Positions 9,301 through 19,308 of a stretch of DNA of 64,000 nt are shown here, one piece after another. Below the pieces are notes generated by a model, which saw nothing but the letters and a program-made list of their open reading frames with translations, was not told the DNA's origin and made no database searches. Source of the stretch: Actinomycetes bacterium (GTDB lineage: Bacteria > Actinomycetota > Actinomycetes > S36-B12 > GCA-2699445); assembly GCA_022599915.1 (NCBI GenBank), contig JAHZLH010000027.1:5610-69609 (forward strand), given 5' to 3'. Positions within the stretch are counted from its first letter, which is position 1; each line of letters opens with the position of its first letter. The translations under genes were made by a program, and so were the position numbers.

Positions 9301-10089
9301 GTGGCCAACATCTTGATCGTGGACGACGATTACACCGTCGCTGAAATACTGCTGTCGTACCTGCAGCAGGCTGGTATGCAGGGCAGCCACGTCACCGCTG
9401 TGGCAGAGGCAGAACAATTTCTGTCGGTCGAGAACCCAGACCTGCTCGTCCTCGACGTGATGCTTCCCGATGGCGATGGTGTGACCCTGTGCGGCCAGGT
9501 ACGTTCCCGATATCCAAAGATACCGATCATCATGCTGACCGCGCGCACCGAAGAATCGGATCGGATCGCCGGTCTGACCGCGGGAGCCGACGACTACGTC
9601 GTGAAGCCGTTCAGCCCCCGTGAGTTGGTGCTACGAATCCAGTCAGTACTGCGCCGAGCCAACCAACAGTCATCAGAACCTGAACACAACGAAGTCCTGC
9701 AGGACGGTGACCTTGTGCTCGATCGTGGTTCCCATCAGGCCAGGTTGGAAACTGTTGATCTGTCGTTGACCTCGCGAGAGTTCGATCTACTGGCTCACCT
9801 GATGGCGCACCCCAATCGCGCATTCACTCGGGACGAGTTGCTCACTGAGGTTTGGGACTGGGACTACGGCGACAAGACCACGGTGACCGTTCACGTACGC
9901 CGGCTCCGGGAAAAGATCGAAGCAGACCCAGGTTCGCCCACCAGGCTGACAACAGTGTGGGGAGTTGGCTACCGCTGGAACCCGATGTCGACTTCTCAGC
10001 TGACTGCGTCTTCGTCTCAAGAATCTCCAAAGCCTGTGGTGTCGCAGCCCACAGCCGAAGCACCGACAACGACCACGGGAAGGAGCTGA
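9301..10089 (+). CDS. OmpR-family response regulator
   Basis: ILIVDDD, LDVMLP, GADDYVVKPF, winged helix VHVRRLREK/TVWGVGY. GTG start lies 6 nt after TACTCT. Confidence 0.95.
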   Translation: MANILIVDDDYTVAEILLSYLQQAGMQGSHVTAVAEAEQFLSVENPDLLVLDVMLPDGDGVTLCGQVRSRYPKIPIIMLTARTEESDRIAGLTAGADDYVVKPFSPRELVLRIQSVLRRANQQSSEPEHNEVLQDGDLVLDRGSHQARLETVDLSLTSREFDLLAHLMAHPNRAFTRDELLTEVWDWDYGDKTTVTVHVRRLREKIEADPGSPTRLTTVWGVGYRWNPMSTSQLTASSSQESPKPVVSQPTAEAPTTTTGRS

Positions 10090-10093
10090 CACT

Positions 10094-11194
10094 ATGGAAA
10101 TGGGACTATCCACCGGCGCGCTAGTCGCTGCTGCTGGGACTACCGCTGTTGTCGGCGGTGTGGGTCTAGCCGTCGTTTTCCGGCTGTCGAGCACTTCGCC
10201 GACCTGGGCGGCCCGATTAGCACCCATTACTGCGGTCGTCGCGGTAGCCGCGGGGGTCACTGCCGCAAGTATGGCCATGTTGCTGGATGCCGAGCAGGTC
10301 CTGCTGATGGTGCTTGTCCTGGCCGTCTCTACCTCCATCGCTGTGATCTTCGGAGTTATCGGTGGGCGTCGGGTGGCGGACCTGCAGCGACGTGCAGCCG
10401 AGCATGAGGCAGCGCTGCAACGAGATCGTGAGATAGAGGAACGTCGTCGGGAACTCATTTCCTGGCTCAGCCACGATCTACGCACCCCACTGGCCCGGAT
10501 GCGTGCGCTTACCGAAGCCCAGGAAGACGGCCTGGCGCCGGTCGACTACAGCACCCGCATGATGCGAGAGGTAGATGGTCTGACCGTCATCGTGGAAGAC
10601 ATTGCCACCCTGTCACGACTTCGCAGTCCCACCGCGAAACTGGATCGCCAAACCACAGACTTGTCTGACTTGGTTTCCGACACCGTCAGTTCCAGTCAGC
10701 CAGTGGCCGATCAGCTGGGTATCCAGCTGGAGGCAGTAGGGCAAAGTGGCATCAATGTGCAGGCGGACCCCAGCGAACTTAGCCGGGCCGTGAGCAATCT
10801 GATTGCTAACGCGTTGCGCCATACCCGCCCAGAAGGATTTGTCAGGGTGGGGGTGTCCCAACAAGCTGGCGAGGCCTGCATTGAGGTGGTCGATCAATGT
10901 GGTGGCATCCCAGAAGATCAGATCGGACGACTCTTCGACCCAGGGTGGCGAGGAACAACCGCTCGGACCCCCGGTGACGGCGGCGCCGGGCTTGGCCTGA
11001 CGATCACCCGCAGCGTGGTCGAAGCCCACGGTGGATCTGTGACTGTTGCCAACTCAGCTGACGGCTGCGTTTTCAGCATCCGATTGCCGCTGGGCGACAA
11101 TGCATCACACCGAGACGCTGATGAGACGCGATCCCCCATTGCGCATCAGAACCTAGGCGAATCCTCGTCCAGCACCCCTCCCGGCCGGGGCTAG
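10094..11194 (+). CDS. Membrane sensor histidine kinase
   Basis: SHDLRTPL H-box, NLIANALRH N-box, DQCGGI and GAGLGL G-boxes, three N-terminal TM segments. Confidence 0.95.
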   Translation: MEMGLSTGALVAAAGTTAVVGGVGLAVVFRLSSTSPTWAARLAPITAVVAVAAGVTAASMAMLLDAEQVLLMVLVLAVSTSIAVIFGVIGGRRVADLQRRAAEHEAALQRDREIEERRRELISWLSHDLRTPLARMRALTEAQEDGLAPVDYSTRMMREVDGLTVIVEDIATLSRLRSPTAKLDRQTTDLSDLVSDTVSSSQPVADQLGIQLEAVGQSGINVQADPSELSRAVSNLIANALRHTRPEGFVRVGVSQQAGEACIEVVDQCGGIPEDQIGRLFDPGWRGTTARTPGDGGAGLGLTITRSVVEAHGGSVTVANSADGCVFSIRLPLGDNASHRDADETRSPIAHQNLGESSSSTPPGRG

Positions 11195-11309
11195 CAACGT
11201 GATCGGCCAAGACCATCTTCGCGAGGCAATGTTTCGTCGACAGTCGAACCCCTGCGAGTGACTACGGGGAGCGTCATCAGCAGTATCTGGCTGCGAGGCA
11301 CTATCGCAG

Positions 11310-12254
11310 CTAGCCCTGCAGCGATCGCAGGCGACTGTCGGCTTGAATTCGAACGAGCGCACTGCGGTGCACTGACTCTGCGACAGCCGCCGCTTTCCCG
11401 TCACCCATGGGATTAGTCCCCATTACGGCTGCATCTTGTTCAGTAGGTGCGAACAGGAAGACCTGCTTGCCAGACTTCTTCAACGACGACATCTCTTTAT
11501 TGACCTGTCGCCGCAGCGCCCGCCGAAGAAGTGCATCCGCCGCCCAGCGGGGACCCGAATGGATAGCCATCGGGGCGCTGATGATGACCGCATCTAGATC
11601 TTCATCCGCGAGCACGTCGGCATTGCAGGCCGACGCAACGCCACCATCCACGTAACGTTCACCGTCGATAACCACGGGTGCGAAGTAGCCTGGAATCGCA
11701 CAGGATGCCGCAATCGCCGACCCAACCGGCACAGCAGAAGCCTCCGCCCGCTGCCGACCGAACACCACTCGCTCGCCATCAGTGAGCCGCAGTGCGGTTA
11801 TCCACGGCATCGGATGTGGCCACTCCCCCAAACACAGCGCCGTCATGCTGCGCTCAATACCTGCTGTGGAGGATCGGCCCTCCGGTAAGGTCGCCGCCGC
11901 CATCTTTCCTAACGTCGCAGAACTTGGTGAACGCGCAAACATTTTCAACAGGTGCGGCGCCGCAGGCCGAAGACTTCCCTCCGCGCGCGGGGGATCCGCT
12001 GCCCCACCGGGCATTCGCGAAACGAGTCGCTCCGCCGCTGAGGACAGGGGCTGACCAAGGTGGCGCCGAAGCATGTCGGTGGGCGGCATTCCGACCCGCA
12101 GAGACGTCGCAGTAATGGATCCCACGGAAGTCCCCACAATCACGTCGGCATCTCGCGCATCCCACGATCCAGCTTCAGCCAAAGCGCTCAGGACGCCAGC
12201 GTGAAAGGCCCCACCGGTCAAGCCACCGCCACCCAACACCAGACCGATTCGCAT
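11310..12254 (-). CDS. Patatin-like phospholipase
   Basis: LGGGGLTG, GTSVG and DGG motifs. Confidence 0.92.
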   Translation of the reverse strand: MRIGLVLGGGGLTGGAFHAGVLSALAEAGSWDARDADVIVGTSVGSITATSLRVGMPPTDMLRRHLGQPLSSAAERLVSRMPGGAADPPRAEGSLRPAAPHLLKMFARSPSSATLGKMAAATLPEGRSSTAGIERSMTALCLGEWPHPMPWITALRLTDGERVVFGRQRAEASAVPVGSAIAASCAIPGYFAPVVIDGERYVDGGVASACNADVLADEDLDAVIISAPMAIHSGPRWAADALLRRALRRQVNKEMSSLKKSGKQVFLFAPTEQDAAVMGTNPMGDGKAAAVAESVHRSALVRIQADSRLRSLQG

Positions 12255-12341
12255 GACCCCATCTTTCCATCCAAGCCCAAAGTTCGATCGTTGGCGGCAT
12301 CCCCACGTTGCCGAACTCAGTATTCATCGCCACACAGGCGG

Positions 12342-12995
12342 CTACCATCGACGCCTACGCCACGACGCTAGCTGAGGTCGCTCGGCTCCCAAAGTTGTGT
12401 CATCACCATGACCCGGCAAAACTCGAGTCTCATCAGGAAGCCTTCGAAAAAGTCGTGCCTCGACATCATCTATCAACTGATCAAAATCTTTCCCACCACT
12501 GGTTTTTCCGACACCACCCGGAAATAGTGAATCACCTGTGATCACGATTGGCGGCTCCTCGCCTTCGCTATACAACAGTGCAACGCCAGCTTCGGTATGT
12601 CCGCGCAGTTCAATGACCTCCACTCTGCTTGCGCCAAAATTGATGTACTCACCATGCGCAACAATCCGTGTCGGTCGAGGATAAATCTTTACAGCATCGG
12701 CTGAGGACGCCATAGTGTCGACCTCAGTGGCGTCGATCACCGATCCCAACGCTGCGAAGTGGTCGGGATGAGCATGGGTCGTGATGACACCGACGAGGGC
12801 AGCAAGATCTACCTCGCCAAGAATGCGCTCAGGCTCGGCAGCGGCATCAATGAGCAGTTGCTGTCCGGTCTGACGATCCCGGAAAACATAAACGTTGTTG
12901 TCTAAGGGACCTACTGACATTTTCGTCAGTACGACATGATCCAACTCAAGTGCGGCAACTGGTCCGCCTGGATACACGTGACCGGTGTACGACAT
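12342..12995 (-). CDS. MBL-fold metallo-hydrolase
   Basis: THAHPDH, GHT, GDSLF and PGHG motifs; GAGGAG RBS. Confidence 0.92.
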   Translation of the reverse strand: MSYTGHVYPGGPVAALELDHVVLTKMSVGPLDNNVYVFRDRQTGQQLLIDAAAEPERILGEVDLAALVGVITTHAHPDHFAALGSVIDATEVDTMASSADAVKIYPRPTRIVAHGEYINFGASRVEVIELRGHTEAGVALLYSEGEEPPIVITGDSLFPGGVGKTSGGKDFDQLIDDVEARLFRRLPDETRVLPGHGDDTTLGAERPQLASWRRRRW

Positions 12996-13485
12996 CGTTC
13001 TCCTCAACGTAAGCAGGATTATTTAGGATTTCAGTATTCCCGCGGCGGGGCTGGTCTCATCTGATGACGCAGCTCATCCACGACATCGTCGTTACAGAAA
13101 TGGCAAGCAGGCTTGTTGGGGGTGGAGTTGACGGTGCGCGAACTTGACGTGAAGGCGACAATTGGGCCAAGGACTAGGTGTTTTACGCACTCTCCACCCT
13201 CCACCTTCAATCTGACGAAGAACCGTGTTTCGCGTTGTTTCGACGCCGACGGGTTAACCCACACCAGCCGGTCAACGCGCCAGAATGGGAAAATTAGGCC
13301 ACTTAGCGCCCACATGCGAGGCGCCAAAATCTTCTGAGTCTCGAACGCGGACTAGAAAGCCGATCAGTCCTCACTGATTGCAACAGGAACCCCAACCTCG
13401 CTACCGTAACCAAAAGGTCCACCTAAATCTGCCGTCGATCCGTATCCTGCCTAGGATGCAACACCAGATTTCATGAAAGGTACGA

Positions 13486-15390
13486 ATGTCCAGCTCGGAC
13501 CGAACCGTAACCGACCAAGAAGACGCCAAAGAGTCAGCAGTCTGGAGCGGATTTCTGAAGCCGGTCTTTATCCCTGCTTCGCTCATCATCTTCGCCATGA
13601 TTGCCCTTTCGGCTCTCGCCGCCAGCGATAGCGAGGGCATCTTCGGAACGCTCAACACTTGGATCACGGAAGGCGTCGGATGGTGGTACATCCTTATCGT
13701 CACCGTCTTTGTGGTCTTTGCGTTCTACTGTGGCTTCAGCTCAATAGGCAAAATTCGACTGGGCCAGGACAACGAGAAACCTGAATTCAGCACGATCGCC
13801 TGGTTTGCCATGCTGTTCAGCGCGGGCATGGGGATCGGGCTGGTGTTCTGGGGCGTCGCAGAACCGTTGAGTCACATGGTCAGTCCACCAAGCATCGATG
13901 GGCAACAGGCCGAAGGCATCGCCGCTGCCAACGACGCCATGAACCTCACCATGTTCCACTGGGGGCTGCACGCCTGGGCAATCTATGTGGTCGTGGGTCT
14001 TGGGCTGGCCTTCATGACCTACCGGCGCGGTCGGCCGCTGTCGATTCGTTGGCTTTTGGAACCGTTACTGGGTCGCGCCCGGGTCGAGGGCCCCATCGGT
14101 CACGCAATCGACGCTATGGCCATCGTCGGAACCCTCTTCGGCATTGCCACGTCCCTGGGGCTCGGGATTCAGCAAATCATTGGCGGTCTGACCAGCCTCG
14201 GCTGGGTGGAAGGGTCAAGCACCGGCCTCATCATCGCCATGATTGCTGTCATCACCGGTATCGCCACCTTGTCGGTGGCCAGTGGTGTGGATAAGGGACT
14301 TAAATGGCTCTCGAATATCAACATGGGTCTAGCCGCCGCATTGTTGCTTTTTGTTCTGCTCGCCGGTCCCACTCTGCTGCTGCTGCAGTCTTGGGTTGAC
14401 AACTTGGGCGGCTACATCGCCTTCCTCCCGGAGAATTCGTTGCGGATGGCGCCGCTAGATGGCCTTGAGCCCATTAACGACACCTGGCTCAACAGTTGGA
14501 CCATCTTCTACTGGGGTTGGTGGATGAGTTGGGCCCCGTTTGTGGGCATGTTCATCGCCCGTATTTCGCGGGGGCGCACCATCCGGCAATTCGTGTTTGG
14601 CGTCCTGCTCGCCCCGACAATCGTGGCGTCGATTTGGTTCACCGTCTTTGGCGAGTCCGCCATCATTAGGCAACTGACTATCGGGGACCTAGTGGGACCC
14701 GACGGGACCGTGGACACCAACTTATCCTTATTCCTGCTCCTGGAAACCATCCCACTGACCACGCTGACGTCGGTCTTGGCAGTCCTCGTCATCAGCCTGT
14801 TCTTCATCACGTCTTCAGACTCTGGTTCGTTGGTGATTGACATACTGGCGCACGGCGGCAAGACGAATACGCCGCGACTGACCAGGATCTACTGGGCCTT
14901 GCTCGAGGGTATTGCCGCCGGCGTTCTGCTGATTGCGGGTGGAAGCGCAGCATTGATTGCGCTACAAACCGCATCAATCCTGACTGCGGTTCCGATTTCC
15001 ATCATCATGGCACTTGCAATGATTTCCCTGTTGCGTGCATTCAAGTACGAACTCGCCATACGCACGGACTTCGTGCGTATCGTGGGCGGTCCCCAACAGG
15101 TCAGCCAACCGGTTGCCGAAGCACCCGATGACCAGGCCAGTAAGACAGTCGCGCCGGAGTCCGGGGCGACGGAGACCGAACTAGTTGTCGCAATCGCTGA
15201 TCTGCCGGCTAGCGTGGTGGACCTACACCGCACCACCGGAAACCTGGCCTTTACCGAAGACCCCACCCCCAGTGATCCCTTGAATCATGAAGTCTTCGAC
15301 ACACAGGAGTACGCGGAGTCAGCTGAAGGCGCCGCCGCACTACAGGATGCCGCGGACCTCGCCGCGCTCACTGAGCAAGAGAAGGAGTAA
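13486..15390 (+). CDS. BCCT family (betaine/choline/carnitine) transporter
   Basis: WFAMLFSAGMGIGL, FHWGLHAW, WTIFYWGWWMSWAPFVGMFIARISRGRTIR. Confidence 0.96.
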   Translation: MSSSDRTVTDQEDAKESAVWSGFLKPVFIPASLIIFAMIALSALAASDSEGIFGTLNTWITEGVGWWYILIVTVFVVFAFYCGFSSIGKIRLGQDNEKPEFSTIAWFAMLFSAGMGIGLVFWGVAEPLSHMVSPPSIDGQQAEGIAAANDAMNLTMFHWGLHAWAIYVVVGLGLAFMTYRRGRPLSIRWLLEPLLGRARVEGPIGHAIDAMAIVGTLFGIATSLGLGIQQIIGGLTSLGWVEGSSTGLIIAMIAVITGIATLSVASGVDKGLKWLSNINMGLAAALLLFVLLAGPTLLLLQSWVDNLGGYIAFLPENSLRMAPLDGLEPINDTWLNSWTIFYWGWWMSWAPFVGMFIARISRGRTIRQFVFGVLLAPTIVASIWFTVFGESAIIRQLTIGDLVGPDGTVDTNLSLFLLLETIPLTTLTSVLAVLVISLFFITSSDSGSLVIDILAHGGKTNTPRLTRIYWALLEGIAAGVLLIAGGSAALIALQTASILTAVPISIIMALAMISLLRAFKYELAIRTDFVRIVGGPQQVSQPVAEAPDDQASKTVAPESGATETELVVAIADLPASVVDLHRTTGNLAFTEDPTPSDPLNHEVFDTQEYAESAEGAAALQDAADLAALTEQEKE

Positions 15391-15463
15391 CTGAAGTCCT
15401 CTCGGGGCAGGAACCGTCACTCGCTACCGCTCGCTCCTCGGAAAATCCTCAGCCAATTCACGC

Positions 15464-15496
15464 AAAAAAATAAGGCCCCCGAAGGGACCTCATTTT
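15464..15496 (-). terminator. Rho-independent terminator after the tRNA (possibly bidirectional)
   Basis: Minus strand GAGGTCCC-TTCG-GGGGCCTT followed by ATTTTTTT. Confidence 0.85.
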
Positions 15497-15502
15497 CTTG
15501 AG

Positions 15503-15576
15503 TAGCGGGGGCAGGATTTGAACCTGCGACCTCTGGGTTATGAGCCCAGCGAGCTACCGAACTGCTCCACCCCGCG
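15503..15576 (-). tRNA. tRNA-fMet (initiator, anticodon CAT; CCA not encoded)
   Basis: CGCGGGGTGGAGCAGTTCGGTAGCTCGCTGGGCTCATAACCCAGAGGTCGCAGGTTCAAATCCTGCCCCCGCTA, with a C1:U72 mismatch and three G-C pairs in the anticodon stem. Confidence 0.98.
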
Positions 15577-15730
15577 GCATTCGCGATTGCGACCGCCTCA
15601 GGGTAGCAGCCAAGAGGCTTTCGGCCCAACTCGCTCGATCGTTACCTACCTCGCCCAAGGGCGTAGCACCCTCAAGCGGTGGTGCGAAGCAAATCATGTG
15701 GCGCATTCCCCCGAAGCAAGTCCTCGCCGA

Positions 15731-16102
15731 TTAGGAGAAGATCGCCCAGATTTCCGTTCCTGCCAACGCAAGAGTGGTCAGCAGAATCACACCTTGATAG
15801 GCACCGAACGGGGTCTCGGACCACGCCTGACCAGAAACAGTTGCCGCTTCTTCTGCCGTTTGATCCTTGGACAAGTCCGCGAACGCCTTCATCCGGTCCG
15901 ACGTCCACAGGAAGCCGATCAGATTGAAGCTCAGCACACCTGCCAACATCATGTACTTCACGGGCGTCTCGGACAGATCACCGAAGACGATGATCGCCAG
16001 CAGAATCGCATTCGTACTCGCATTGAACATCGCTGCGGCTATGAAGCCAGCGTTAGTAGTTGGGGAGTTCCGCGACACGTGGGTACTTGTTTCGATTTCC
16101 AT
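15731..16102 (-). CDS. Small hypothetical membrane protein
   Basis: 123 aa, about three hydrophobic segments, GGAGAGG RBS. Confidence 0.7.
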   Translation of the reverse strand: MEIETSTHVSRNSPTTNAGFIAAAMFNASTNAILLAIIVFGDLSETPVKYMMLAGVLSFNLIGFLWTSDRMKAFADLSKDQTAEEAATVSGQAWSETPFGAYQGVILLTTLALAGTEIWAIFS

Positions 16103-16224
16103 AGCTACCTCTCCGGTCACGCTCGCCCGAACCATTCACGGAACGCGCCAAATCGCGACCAAAACAAGGCTAGAACTTACCGCGCCGTGAGGCCCGCGAT
16201 AGCAACTTCAATCGATCCGAGTCT

Positions 16225-19200
16225 TCAGTCGCGCGCCGAGGCTTGGGCGACCGGCGCTTCTTCGGCCGGCGGCACCTCCTCAGCCGGCGGCACCTCCTCA
16301 GCGGGTGATTCTTCGGCGGGCGGACTCTCCTCCGGCGGCGCTTCGATAGTGGGAGGCGGACTGTTCGACCCACCGCCAGAACTCTGGCCAGTCAACTGGC
16401 GTTGCGCAGCTGCGGCCCGGTCAAGAGCCTTCTTCAGATCTTCCTGTGCCTTGCCATAGGCAGCGAAGTCGCCCTCCGCCAGAGCCTTTTCGCCCCGCTG
16501 ATAGGCGGCATCAGCTGCTGCAATCGCAGCAGCCAACTGCTCTTCCGGAGTGCTGTCGCTATTGCCACCGCCGTTGTTGCCGCCGCCGCCGCCACCGGCA
16601 TCTGTCGAACCAGTAAAGACCTTGGCCAGCGCTTCCTGCAAGGTGTTCTCCATCGAGACTTCTTGCCCGTAGCCGGCGAGCACCTTCTGCAGGAGTGGGA
16701 AGCCTTCTTGTCCGGCAGCACGCACGTAGACCGGTTCCACATAGAGCATGCCATCGGCCACAGGCAGCGACAGCAGGTTGCCGAGCACTACGTCTGAGCC
16801 ACCCCGTCGCAATAGGTTCAACTGCTGAGCAACAACTGGGTCTGATTCGAAGTTATTCTGCACCTGAGTCGGACCCGGAATGGTTGTGTTTCGAGGTAAC
16901 TGCAACACCCGGATCGTGCCGTAGTCCTCCCCTGGGGCAGAACTTGCGGCCATGAAGGCCGCCAAGGTTTGCCGCCTACTCGGCGAGAAAGCCGTGGTCA
17001 GCGAAAACGCTGGCGCTTTGGTTCCTGGCATCTGCAACGTCAGGAAGTATGGCGGCTGCTGAACATCCACCCCAGCCTTGGTGGGGTCAGAGGGGATCAC
17101 CCAGAAGTCCTGGCCGGAGTAGAACGACTGCGCGTCGGTCACGTGATAGCGACTCAACACTGTGCGCTGCACCTTGAACAGGTCCTCGGGATAGCGCACG
17201 TGTTGCAGGACGCTATCCGGCATCTCCCCACGCGGCTTCACTGTGTCGGGGAAGATCTCCACCCAGGCACGAGCCACCGGATCGTTCTCATCCCACAGGT
17301 ACAGATCTACGGTGCCGTCGTAGGCATCCACGGTGGCCTTCACGGAGTTACGGATGTAGGTGACCTGATCCCGGTTCAACGCGTTCACTGATCGCCGCGT
17401 CTCGGTGATCGAGTCGCTAGTGGCCTCGTTGAGCAGCGTCCGAGCAGAGTTCGGGAACTGATCCGAGGTGGTGTAACCATCCACGATCCACTTGATCCGA
17501 CCGTCGACGACCACCGGGTAGGGATCGCTATCCAGGGTCAACCACGGGGCGACCTTCTTAACGCGGTCGCGGGGATCTCGATCGTAAAGAATCCTGGACT
17601 CATTATTGACCAGGTCAGATAGCAGGATGTTAGCGTCCTGGAACTTGGTGGCAAAGACCAAGCGATGCAGGAAGGAACCAGTTTCGATCCCACCATCACC
17701 GGTGTAGGTGTTGTTGCGCTGACCAGTCGGGCTGGTGTCATCCGGGAAGTCCAACTCTCGCGGTGGCTCACCTTCTGGCGCACCCACAATCGAGTAAGGC
17801 GGTGACAGCTGCCCGAAGTAGATCCGGGGCTCAGTGATATCCAGCAACCCTTCCGGAGGGATATCGGATTCGAGGTAGTTCGGGGCGCCAGTGGAACTCG
17901 GCACGTTGTCGCGTGCGGCCACGAAGCCGTAGCCGTGGGTGTAGACGGTGGTGTCGTTGGTCCAGTTGCGCTGCCCGTCTGGCAGACCAGTCAAGTCAAC
18001 CTCACGCACGGCCACGACCGCACCCTGCCGCTGCTTGCCTTCCTCCAGCTGATACCGGTCGACGTCCAAGGCATCAGGGAAGGCGTAGAAGCCCCTGATC
18101 TGCTGCTGCTGCCGGAAGGTTGGACTGACGATGGACGGATCCAGCAACCTAATGTTGCTCAGGGTTCCCGAATCGTTCTTGATCACCGAAGCGGGCGCAA
18201 CCTCGCGACCGCTGTACTCCTGGATTTCGACGCCATCCAGACCGTAAGCACTTCGAGTGGCGTTGATGTTGTTCTGAATATACGGCCGCTCACGTACCTC
18301 TTCAGTGGGCTGAACCTGGAAGGTCTGCACGATCGTTGGGTAGAGCCACCCAATCACGATGCTGCTGAGCAGCAGCAACGCCAACCCGATGAGCGGCAAT
18401 GCCCAGACGCGGCGGAAAGCGGTGACGAAGAACAACACCGCAACCACAACCGAGGCCACTGCGAGGATCACCTTACTCGGAAGTACGGCGTTCACGTCGA
18501 CGTATTTCAGGCCGGTGAACCCGGGCACGAGTGACTGACTTGCTGTCGCCAGCTCGAATCGATCCAGCCAGTAGGCGACCGCTTTGGCCAACATGAACAA
18601 GCCAGCGAGCACCGCGAGTTGAGTCTGCGCGGCTGGGCTGGCGCTGCGAACGTCGCTTTGAATCTTGATGCCGCCGTAAAGGTAGTGCACGACCACGGCA
18701 GTAAGGATCGACAGGATCAGTACCGCAAAGAGGAAGCTAAGTACGAACCGCAGCCAGGGCAGTTGGAAGACGAAGAAGCCCGCGTCAAGACCGAACTGCG
18801 GGTCGGTGGTGCCAAAGTCCCCGCCGCTACGCCACAACTGGAAGGTCTGCCATTCCGAACTTGCCGACAGCCCGGTCATGACCCCCAACAGTCCAGCTAG
18901 CGCGATGGTTATGGGAATCCGGTAAGGCTCGATAGAGGAGCGATACCGCTCCAACGACGCCTGTTCGGGGGTGATGCGTTCTACCATCGGCCGGGCGCGG
19001 AATGCGATACCAGCGTTCGCCGCCAAGGCGGCGAACATCACCACCGCGAAGGTGAGGAATAGCCCGATCTGGGTGAGCACTGTCGTGGTGAAGACCGACG
19101 GTTTGTCAACCGAGCCAAACCACAACCAGTCGCTGTAGATGCCGGAAAAGATGATGAATGCGAGCACCAGCCCACTGAGCACCAGCACAGTGGGGACCAA

Positions 19201-19299
19201 TACCCTTCCGCGCGAAGGTGGTTCCCGTAGATCAGTGCCGCCCTGTGATCCGCTGGGGCCTGTTGGCCCGTTGGGATCTCCCGGCATGGTGTAGCCCAT
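16225..19299 (-). CDS. UPF0182 family membrane protein
   Basis: DPQFGLDAGFFVF, YTHGYG, YIRNSVKATVDAYDG, HVRYPEDLF; typical position beside tRNA-Met. Confidence 0.96.
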   Translation of the reverse strand: MGYTMPGDPNGPTGPSGSQGGTDLREPPSRGRVLVPTVLVLSGLVLAFIIFSGIYSDWLWFGSVDKPSVFTTTVLTQIGLFLTFAVVMFAALAANAGIAFRARPMVERITPEQASLERYRSSIEPYRIPITIALAGLLGVMTGLSASSEWQTFQLWRSGGDFGTTDPQFGLDAGFFVFQLPWLRFVLSFLFAVLILSILTAVVVHYLYGGIKIQSDVRSASPAAQTQLAVLAGLFMLAKAVAYWLDRFELATASQSLVPGFTGLKYVDVNAVLPSKVILAVASVVVAVLFFVTAFRRVWALPLIGLALLLLSSIVIGWLYPTIVQTFQVQPTEEVRERPYIQNNINATRSAYGLDGVEIQEYSGREVAPASVIKNDSGTLSNIRLLDPSIVSPTFRQQQQIRGFYAFPDALDVDRYQLEEGKQRQGAVVAVREVDLTGLPDGQRNWTNDTTVYTHGYGFVAARDNVPSSTGAPNYLESDIPPEGLLDITEPRIYFGQLSPPYSIVGAPEGEPPRELDFPDDTSPTGQRNNTYTGDGGIETGSFLHRLVFATKFQDANILLSDLVNNESRILYDRDPRDRVKKVAPWLTLDSDPYPVVVDGRIKWIVDGYTTSDQFPNSARTLLNEATSDSITETRRSVNALNRDQVTYIRNSVKATVDAYDGTVDLYLWDENDPVARAWVEIFPDTVKPRGEMPDSVLQHVRYPEDLFKVQRTVLSRYHVTDAQSFYSGQDFWVIPSDPTKAGVDVQQPPYFLTLQMPGTKAPAFSLTTAFSPSRRQTLAAFMAASSAPGEDYGTIRVLQLPRNTTIPGPTQVQNNFESDPVVAQQLNLLRRGGSDVVLGNLLSLPVADGMLYVEPVYVRAAGQEGFPLLQKVLAGYGQEVSMENTLQEALAKVFTGSTDAGGGGGGNNGGGNSDSTPEEQLAAAIAAADAAYQRGEKALAEGDFAAYGKAQEDLKKALDRAAAAQRQLTGQSSGGGSNSPPPTIEAPPEESPPAEESPAEEVPPAEEVPPAEEAPVAQASARD

Positions 19300-19308
19300 G
19301 GTCTGAAC

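Noticed and set aside
13031..13337. Short ORFs between the MBL hydrolase and BCCT genes
   Set aside because: No recognisable motifs or convincing starts; likely divergent promoter DNA.
16250..16345. 18-bp repeats at the end of the UPF0182 gene
   Set aside because: They encode a low-complexity EEVPPA tail and are not an independent element.
15518..16459. Long antisense ORFs in the track (e.g. 15518-16459, 2095-2868, 34577-35425)
   Set aside because: They are shadow frames of real genes in high-GC DNA and have no protein motifs.
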